Shown piece after piece: positions 54,181 to 64,000 of a stretch of DNA of 64,000 nucleotides. Below the pieces are notes generated by a model, which was given only the letters and a program-made list of their open reading frames with translations, ran no database searches and had not been told where the DNA came from. Numbering within the stretch: position 1 is the stretch's first letter; every line of letters starts with the position of its first letter. Origin of the DNA: the human T2T-CHM13v2.0 reference genome, Homo sapiens. The stretch lies in assembly GCF_009914755.1 (NCBI RefSeq), contig NC_060930.1. One strand, written 5' to 3'. The translations under genes and the position numbers were made by a program.

Positions 54181-56069
54181 TTTCCTACCCCACACTATAA
54201 ACTATAAAATGTCAATTCCAGGTAAATTTTAGGTTTAAATGTAAAAGCCTAAAATAATATTTGTAGCAGATAACATAGAAAAATACTATCATGTTGTTGG
54301 ATTCAGTGTTATAGTGTTTTTGAGAATTTCTGTGTCTACATTTATGAGGAATAATGGTCTGTAGGTTCTTTTTTGTGATGATTTTGTCTATCTATATTAT
54401 CTGCTTAATGCTGGCCTCACAGAATAAATTGGTAAGTTTTTCTTCCTCTTCTAAAAAAAAAGAATAGAAAAGAAAAGAATTCCATACAGTGCAGGGTATA
54501 TATAAAGCATTTATCCTATTAGTTCTCAAAATGTTAGTTCTCATAATCTCCATCCATTATCTGTCTATAATATTTCCTTGAAAACTACATTCATTTTATA
54601 TTTGTGGTAAGCTATCATACTTAATTAGATAATAGTCTCCAAAAGCCTTTGAAAATATTTACTTCCCTATTACTGAGTCAATGCAACATAATTTATCTCC
54701 TCTTATTTTTTAATGTAAAATTTGTATTTAGAGTAATAACTGACTAGGAAGGATTTTGAGCTGTGTTTCTAGAACAACGGAGTTTTCTTCTGTAAACCCA
54801 ATTATATCCTCTGAGTTTTTAGGCCTTTAGAATAACTAAAGGAGTCTTTTTTTTTTCTTTAACCTAAATCTGCTGTCAAGATTGACAGACCAAATGACAG
54901 ATGCCAGTACATGTGGCTTTACCTCCAACCAGTTACATCTCCTGATGGGGGGATCCCAGCAAAGACACCAAGACCCTTCTTTGGTTCTGTATCAAACATT
55001 TTCTGTTTCTCTGGATTACATTTTGCTTTTTTGGTCTCCTTTGAAGTTATAGTTGTGGGTCTGTTTTTTTGTTGTTGTGTTGTTGTTGTGGGGGATGGGG
55101 GGATTTTTTTTAATGATTTCAAGGCCTAATAATTCTATCCAAGAAAGGGCAGAACTTAATTACTAACACATGATTCTCATGATAAAATACCAGAGCCCAA
55201 ATTAGAAGAAAGAAAAAAACTTAGGTTTTTACTTAGTAAAATATAACTTACATATAAAAATAACCAATTTAAATATGCATGTCTTTAAACTAACTTCCTT
55301 TTAATAAAAGTTTTCATATCCTGAAACTTCTAGTACCTGTGTTTATATGTAATTTGTCATGGTTTTGGCAATTTTAAATAAAGTATATTATTTTAGCACT
55401 TATTCATCATAATTTAAGGATTTTATTTAATGAAAAAATGTAATAAATGGCCCATCTTTTTTTTCTAGCAGCAGGGGAATAACATCAATGACATTTTTTA
55501 TTTCTCTGAGCATAGTCTAAAGGCTAAATCTAATTGTAGGCAATACAAATTAATAATATTGCTTCATGCAGAATTCTATGTTGGTTTTTATCCAAAGGTC
55601 TAGAATTCACTGGCCTTTTAAATGCCTGCAAAGTAAGTTCTGTTCTATCTGGTAATGAAAGCAGGAGAAATTTATGATAAGTGGTCTCTAAGGTACAAAA
55701 TAAATTTGCTTTAGAACCGATAATAAGTCCAGGTCTTTAAATCATATTTTTTTGCCCCTTCCATGTACGATCTGCAAGTAGCACAGCAGAGCTGTTTTTT
55801 GATTAACTAGATGCATAATCCACAGTGCCACCCATTCAAAATGCATTTGTCCCAGGAACAAAATAAATTTTTTGAACATTGTTTACAACTCCCCATTATT
55901 GGCTTGAGTCTAGATTTGAGTCTCTCATCCAACAAGCATTTACTAAACGCTATAAGAAACTGTACCCAAGGCTGCAGATCTAAGCCACAATTGGATCAAT
56001 TGTCAAGGAGTTAAAGTTTTATGATCACGTAAAAGATAAATTCCACTAAAAAAGGTGCTAATATACAAT

Positions 56070-56280
56070 AATAGCTATCGTTTGTGAGTGTTTATATGTA
56101 CCAAGGACATTACACAAGTTATCACATTTAATCTTTATACGACACTGAGACTGGTATTACTGTCTTCATTTTGCAACCAAGAAAATTGAGGCACAATTAA
56201 GTAAACTGAAGAAATTAACACGTATTCTTAGTGGCAGGCTTAGATTTGCACCCTGGTCCAACTGGTTCAAGTTTCATTCT
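56070..56280 (-). mobile_element. MIR
   Basis: catttaatctt...cattttgcaa...aaattgaggcac. Confidence 0.65.
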
Positions 56281-56426
56281 CCGGGTGACTGATTGTCTAC
56301 CTTTCTTATCTGTACAGGATACAGTGGAGATACAAGGGAGGGAGCTATGGTCAGAAAAGGAATTAAAATAAGGTTCAAAATAATTTTGTACTTTAATTTT
56401 GTAGGACTGTTTCAAAATGTCATTTG

Positions 56427-56752
<326 letters not shown>

Positions 56753-57992
56753 CTAGTTGGAAAAGGGATAGCAAAAATATTTAAAAGACTATGCTTAACT
56801 TCTTGCAGAATTTGTGGTGAACCATTGCTACAATGAAGAAATACAGTCTTTTATAAGTCATGAAAGTTAAACAAATAAATGAATAGGAGTGGATGACTTT
56901 TTTAGTTCTCACTCTTCTCTCTTTTTTTTTTCTTATTCTCCATGTGTTTGAACATGAGGCCCCCATTTAAAAAGTTCTCATTTATAGAACAGTTCCATGA
57001 AAAAGAGAAAACAAACTAAACTCAGGCTATGGCTGCATTAAATAAACACTGGCCTTCATGTCCGTGGGTGAATCTCCATCCTAGGTAGATACCCCCGACT
57101 CCAGGAAGTCTGTTTATCTTAGTAAAGAGGTTCACACTGAACTCACTTTTTCAAAGGTCCTAAATCTCCTGTTGCTTTCCAGATACTGCATAAGAAAGTA
57201 TTTTCCTATAGATGTAGGTTTCTTGAGAGGAAGGCAACTGTCTTATTAATCTTTGGGTTTATTTGATTGTTTGCATTTTATTTAATTTGCAAAGTTAACA
57301 GAAAAAATAATGTAACATCATTCATATAACAACCACCCAGGATTCTGTAATTTTTACTTTGCTATTTATCTTCACCCTAACTTAATCCAGTACATTTCAG
57401 TGCACTTCAGTGTTCCCACTGGGTACTCAAATGTTGAAGTGACCTGCCAAACTCAAAGATCAAGGTGGGTCCCAAGGACAAACGCAAGGGTCATTAGTCT
57501 TACAAGTCTGATTTGTTTTTTTCCCTAAACTTGTCAACATCTCCTTTAAGTTAAGCCTAAAATAACTTTTGCAATTAATACTTTTTGTCAGAGTTTAAAT
57601 ATTCTCAGGTATGCAGCCATAAAAACTACATTAAAATGGATGTACATATGAAGAAAACATATAAAAAACACGGGTGATTTATTCCATATTGTATAAAAAC
57701 CACACTTAATCTAAATGTTGTAATTCACAACCTGCATAAGTTTTCAAAGAAAAATTTACAGTTTCAGGAATGTGGCCAATCTCTTTTCTTGGCAGATAAA
57801 GGAAGAAATCTAACAAAAGAGCATATAAATCAAGTTATGATAATGGTTCCAAAAAAGACTGCATTGTCTTCACTCCCCGCTAAACCAGCATTTCTTTTTG
57901 GATTTTTACTAAAGTCCTAACCCCTAACATCAAAGAAGGTGCCAAGTCTTTCATCTTCTACCTGCACAGTAACCCTTGTGTGTATTCTCTCC

Positions 57993-60900
57993 TTATTTAT
58001 TTTTATTTTATTTTATTTTTTATTTTTCCAAGGGTTACGGGGGCACAGGTAGTATTTGGTTACATAAGTAAGTTCTTTGGTGGTGATTTGTGAGACTTTG
58101 GTGCACCCATCACCTGAGCAGTATACACTGCACCTTATTTGTAGTCTTTTTATCCCTTGCCCACCCCCACCCTTTCCCCCAAGTCCCCAAAGTCCATTGT
58201 ATCATTCTTATGCCTTTGCGTCCTCATAGCTTAGCTCCTATATATCAGTGAGAACATACAATATTTGGTCTTCCATTCCTGAGTTACTTGACTTAGAATA
58301 ATAGTCTCCAGTCTCATCCAGGTTGCTACAAGTGCTGATAATTCATTCCTTTTCATGGCTTAGTAGTATTCCATCATATATATAGATATATTCCATCATA
58401 TATATATATATACATGTATATATATATACACATATATATACATATATATATATACATATATATATATACATATATATATATATACATATATATATACCAC
58501 AGTTTCTTTATCCACTCATTGATTGATGGGCATTTGGGTTGGATCCATGATTTTGCAATTGCGAAATGTGCCGCTATAAACATTCGTGGGCAAGTATCTT
58601 TTTCATATAATGACTTACTTTCCTCTGGGTAGATACCCAGTAGTGAGACCACCAGATCAAATGGTAGTTCTACTTTTAGTTCTTTAAGGAATCTCCACAC
58701 TGTTTGCCATAGTGGCCTTACTAGTTTACATTCCCACCAGCAGTGTAGAAGTGTTCCCTGATCACCGCATCCACACCAACATCTCCTGTTTTTTGATTTT
58801 TTGATTATGGCCATTCTTGCAGGAGTAAGGTGGTATTGCACTGTGGTTTTGATTTGCACTTCCCTGATCATTAGTGATGTTGAGCGTTTTTTCAAATGCT
58901 TGTTGGCTATTTGTATATCTTCCTTTGAGAATTGTCTATTCATGTCCTTAGCCTACTTTTTGATGGGATTGTTTGTTTGTTTTCTTACTGATTTGTTTGA
59001 GTTTGTTGTCAATTCTGGATATTAGTCCTTTGTCAGACGTATAGATTGTGAAAATTTTCCCCCACTCTGTGGGTTGTCTGTTTACTCTGCTGACTATTCC
59101 TTTTGAGGTGCAAAAGCTCTTTAGTTTAATTAGGTCCCAACTATTTATCTTTGTTTTTATTGCATTTGCTTTTGGGTTCTTGGTCATGAAATCCTTGCCT
59201 AAGCCAATGTCTAGAAAAGTTTTTCCAATGTTATCTTCTAGAATTTTTATAGCTTCAGGTCTTAGATTTAAGTCCTTAATCCATCTTGAATTAATTTTTG
59301 TATAAGGTGAGAGATGAGGATCCAGTTTCACTCTCCTACATGTGGCTAGCTTATTATCTCAGCACCATTTGTTGAAAAGGGTGTCATTTACCCACTTTAT
59401 GTCTTTGTTTGCTTTGTCGAAGAACAGTTGGCTGTAAGTATTTGGGTTTATTTCTGTGTTCTCTATTCTGTTCCATTGGTCTATGTGCCTATTTTTATAC
59501 CAGTACCATGCTGTTTTGGTGACTATGGTCTTATAGTTTGAAATCAAGTGGTGTGATGCCTCCAGATTTGTTCTTTTTGCTTAGTCTTGCTTTGGCTATG
59601 CAGGCTCTTTTTTGGTTCCATATGAATTTTAGAATTGTTTTTTCTAATTCTGTGAAGAAAGAATGATGGTGGTATTTTGACGGGGACTGAATTGAATTTG
59701 TAGATTGCTTTTGACAGTACAGTCATTTTCACAATATTGATTCTACCCATCCATAAGCATGGGATGTGTTTCCATTTGTTTGTGTCATCTGTGATTTCTT
59801 TCAGCAGTGTTTTGTAGCTTTCCTTGTAGAGGTCCTTGGCCTCTTTGGTTAGGTATATTTCTAAGTTTTTTGTTTTTGTTTTTGTTTGTTTGTTTGTTTG
59901 CAGCTATTGTAAAAGGGGTTGAATTCTTGATTTGATTCTCTGCTTGGTCACTGTTGAAGTATAGAAGAGCTACTGATTTCTATACCTTAATATTGTATCC
60001 AGAAACTTTGCCAAATTCTTCTATCAGTTCTAGGAGCTTTCTGGAGTCGTCTTTGGGGTTTTCAAGGTAAATGATATCAACAGCAAACAGGGACAGTTTG
60101 ACTTTCTCTTTACTGATTTGGATGCCCTTTATTTCTTTCTCTTGTCTGATTGCTCTGGCTAGGACTTCCAGTACTATGCTGAAGAGGGGTGGTGAGATTG
60201 GGCATCCTTGTCTTGTTCCAGTTCTCAGAGGGAATGCTTGCAACTTTTCCTCATTCATTATTATGCTGGTTGTGGGTTTGTCGTAGATGGCTTTTATTAT
60301 ATTGAGGTATGTTCCTTGTATGCCGACTTTGCTAAGAGTTTTAATCGTAAAGGGATGCCAGATTTTGTTGGATGCTTTTTCTGCATCTATTGAGATGATC
60401 AGGTGATTTTTGTTTTTAATTCTGTTTATGTGCTGTATCACATTTACTGACTTGCCTATGCTTAACCATTCCTGCATCCCTGGTATGAAACCCACTTGAT
60501 CATGGTAGATTATCTTTTTGATATGTTGTTGGATTTGGCTAGCTAGCATTTTATTAGGGATTTTAGCATCTAAGTTCATTGGTTATATCGGTCAGTAGTT
60601 TTCTCTTTTGGTTATGCCCTTTCCTGGTTTGGGTATTAGGGTGATGCTGGTTTCATAGAATGAATTAGGGAGGGTTCTCCCTTTCTCTATCTTGTGGAAT
60701 AATGTCAAAAAGATTGGTACCAATTCTTCTTTGAATGCCTGCTGTGAATCCGTCTGGCCCCGGACTTTTTTATTGTTGGTAATTTTTTAATTATCCTTTC
60801 AATCTCACTGCTTGCTATTGGTCTGTTCAAGGTATCTAATTTTTCCTGATTTAAGCTAGGAGAGTTGTATTTTTCCAGAAATTTATCCATCTCTTCTAGG

Positions 60901-63900
60901 TTTTCTAGTTTATGTGTATAAAGGTGTTCAAAGTAGCCTTGAATGATCTTTTGTGTTTCAGTTATCAGTTGCAATATCTCCCATTTTGTTTCTTAATGAG
61001 GTTATTTGGATTTTCTCTCTTCTAGGTTAATCTTGTTAATGGTCTATCAACTTTATTTATCTTTTCAAAGAATCAGCTTTTTGTTTCATTAATGTTTTGT
61101 ATTGTTTTTTGTTTGTTTGTTTCCATTTCTTTTAGTTCAGGTCTGATCCGGGTTATTTCCTTTCTTCTGCTGGGTTTCGGTTTAGTTTGTTCTTGTTTCT
61201 CTAGTTCCTTGAAGTGTGACCTTAGAATGTCAGTTTGTGCTCTTTCAGTCCTTTTGATGTAGGCATTTAGGGCCGTGAACTTTCCTCTTAACACCACCTT
61301 TGCTGTATCCCACAGATTTTGATAGGTTGTGTCATTATTGTCATTCAGTTCAAAGAATTTTTAAATTTCTATCTTGATTTCATTTTTGACCCAATGCTCA
61401 CTCAGGAGCAGGTTATTTAATTTCCATGTATTTGCATAGTTTTGAAGGTTCTGTTTAGAGTTGATTTCTAGTTTTATTCCACTGTGGTCTGAGAAAGTGC
61501 TTGATATAATTTCAATTTTCTTAAATTTATTGAGGCTTGTTTTATGGCCTATCACGTGTCCTGTCTTGGAGAAGGTTCCATGCACTGTTGAAAAGAATGT
61601 GCATTCTGCAGTTGTTGGATGAAATGTTCTGTATATATCTGTTAAGTCCATTTGTTCCATGGTATAGTTTTAATCCATTGTTTCTTTGTTGACTTTGTCT
61701 TGATGACCTGTCTAGTGCTGTCAGTGGAGTATTGAAGTCCCTCATTATTATTGTGTTGCTGTCTATCTCAATTCTTAGTTCTATTAGTAACTGTTTTACA
61801 ATTTTGAGAGCTCCAATGTTACGTGCATGTATGTTTAGGATTGTGATATTTTCCTGCTGGACAAGGCCTTTTAACATTATTTAATATCCCTCTTTTTCTC
61901 TTTTAACTGCTGTTGCTTGTTGCTTTAAAGTCTGTTTTGTCTGATGTAAGAATAGCTACCCCTGCTTGCTTTTGACGTCCATTTGCATGAAATGCCTTTC
62001 TCCACCCCTTTACTTTAAGTTTATGTGAGTCCTTACGTGTTAGGTGAGTCTCCTGAAGGCAGCAGATAGTTGATTGGTAAGTTCTTATCCATTCTGCAGT
62101 TCTATATCTTTTAAGTGGAGCACTTAGGCGATTTACATTCAATGTAGTATTGAGATGTAAGGTATCATTGCATTCATTGTGCTATTTGTTGCCTGTGTAC
62201 CTTGGATTTTTTGTTTTTTGTTTTTGCTTTTTAAATTGTATTTTTGTTTTATAGGTCCTATGTGATTTATGCTTTCAAGAGGTTCTGTTTTGATGTGTTT
62301 CTGGATTTGTTTCAAGATTTAGAGCTCCTTATAGCAGCTCTTGTGGTGCTTCCTTAATAGTGGCGAATTCTCTCAGCATTTGTTTGTCTAAAAAAGACTA
62401 TATCTTTCCTTCATATATGATGCTCAGTTTCACTGGATACAAAATTCTTGGCTGATAATTGTTTTGTTTGAGGATTCTGAAGATAAAGCCTCAATTCCTT
62501 CTCGCTTGTAGGGTTTCTGCTGAGAAATCTGCTGTTAATCTCATAGGTTTTCCTTTATAAGTTAACTGGTGCTTTTGTCTCGTAGGTCTTACACTTCTTT
62601 CCTTCATCTTAACTTCATCATAACCTGATGATGATGTGCCTAGGTGATTATCTTTCTGTGATGAATTTCCCAGATCTTCTTTGTGCTTCTTGTATTTGGA
62701 TGTCGAGGTCTCTAGCTAGGCCAAGGAAATTTTCCTTGATTATCTCCCCAAATATGTTTCCAAACTTTTAGATTCCTTTTCTTCCTCAGGAATACCTCTT
62801 CCTTATTCTTAGGTTTGGTCATTTACCATAATTCCAGACTTCTTGGAGGCCTTGTTTATATTTTCTTATTTTTTCTTTGTCTTTGTTGGATTGGGTTAAT
62901 TTGAAGACCTTGTCTTTGAGCTCCGAATTTCTTTCTTCTACTTGTTCAATTCTATTGCTGAGACTTTCCAGAACATTTTGCATTTCTATAAGAGTGTCCA
63001 AGGTTTCCTGAAGTTTTGATTGTTTGTTCTTTAACAATCTATTTCCTTAAATATTTCTTCCTTCACTTCTTGTATTGTTTTTTGGATTTTCTTGCCTTTC
63101 GCTGGTGTCTCCCTGATTAGCTTAATAAGTAACCTCCTGAATTCTTCTTCAGGTTAATCAGGGATTTCTTCTTGGTTTGGATCGATTGCTGGTGAGCTAG
63201 TGTGATTTTTTGGGGGTGTTAAAGAGCCTTGTTTTGTCATATCACCAGAGTTGGTTTTCTGGTTCCTTCTCATTTGGGTAGGCTCTGTCAGAGGAAAAGT
63301 CTACGGGTGAAGGCTACTGTTCAGATTATTTTGTCCCAGGGGATGTTCCCTTAATATAGTACTCTCCCCTTTTTTCTATGGATGTGGCTTCCTGTGAGAT
63401 AAGCTGCAGTGATTGTTATATCTCTTCTGGGTGTAGCCACCCAGCAAGTCTACCAGGCTCCAGGCTGGTACTGGGGTTTGTCTGCACAGAGCCCTGTGAT
63501 GTGAACTGTCTATGGGCCTCTCAGCCATTGATACCAGCACCTGTTCCAGTGGAGGTGGCAGGGAGATGAAATGGGCTCTGTGAGGGTTCTTACCTTTGGT
63601 GATTTAAAGTTCTATTTTTGTGCTGGTTGGCGTCCTGCCAGGAGGTGGCACTTTCCAGAGAGCATCAGCTGTGGTGGTACGAAGAGGAAGTGGTGGTGGG
63701 CGGGGCCCTAGAACTCCCAAGAGTATATAGCGTTTGTCTTCAGCTACCAGGGTGGGTAGGGAAGGCCCATCAGGTGGGGGCAGGGCTAGGTGTGTCTGAG
63801 CTCAGACTCTCCTTGGAAGGGTCTTGCTGCAGCTGCTGTGGGGAATGGGGGTGAGGTTCCCAGGTCAATGGAGTCATCTACCTAGGAGGATCATGGCTGC

Positions 63901-64000
63901 TTCTGCTGAGTCATGCAGGTTGCCAGGGAAGTAGGGGAAAACCAACAGTCACAGGCCTCACTCAGCTCCCACACAATCTGAAGGGCTGGTCTCCCTCCCA
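57993..64000 (-). mobile_element. Long inactive LINE-1 (L1PB1-like 3' end), sense to MOXD1 in intron 4; runs off the window
   Basis: 3' UTR gtatttggttacat.agtaagttcttt.gtggtgatttgtgaga; broken ORF2 pieces 58374-62142 (RT, EN); ORF1 coiled-coil piece 62819-63037; (TA)n at ~58375-58497. Confidence 0.95.

Noticed and set aside
54919-55122. Hydrophilic 67-aa minus-strand ORF ending near a good GAG|GTAAAG donor; possible cryptic MOXD1 exon
   Set aside because: The nearest plausible upstream AG is preceded by an A-rich rather than pyrimidine tract, the ORF stops at the donor, and it has no similarity to the MOXD1 protein.
58374-63037. Long minus-strand ORFs (189 and 199 aa)
   Set aside because: Broken L1PB ORF2/ORF1 pieces; one runs into a (TA)n tract.

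Overview
Primate (human-like) genomic DNA holding the 3' part of MOXD1 (monooxygenase DBH-like 1; human 6q23) on the minus strand. I can read eight coding exons (5-12 by my recall of the 12-exon gene), all with canonical GT/AG sites. They splice into one open frame of 392 codons plus stop, covering both copper-site motif sets (HH...H and HxH...M) and the hydrophobic C-terminus. A ~1.1 kb 3' UTR with AATAAA signals follows; exons 1-4 lie beyond the right edge. The rest is repeat-rich intron or downstream sequence: two long dead L1s (L1PA8-like on +, L1PB-like on -), old L1M/HAL1/L2/MIR fragments, about ten Alus, MaLR and ERV solo LTRs, MER2 and MER1 DNA transposons, and microsatellites. Most ORF-track entries are L1 fragments or chance ORFs. 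I found no convincing new gene system. The best unexplained structures are (i) a 120-bp non-TE-looking segment duplicated 2.5 kb apart, with a compensatory hairpin change and a fold-back junction, (ii) a perfect template-switch scar ~0.4 kb downstream of the likely poly(A) site, and (iii) inverted L1/Alu pairs bracketing the catalytic exons. Repeat subfamily names come from memory of consensus sequences, and repeat edges are approximate unless a TSD is quoted.
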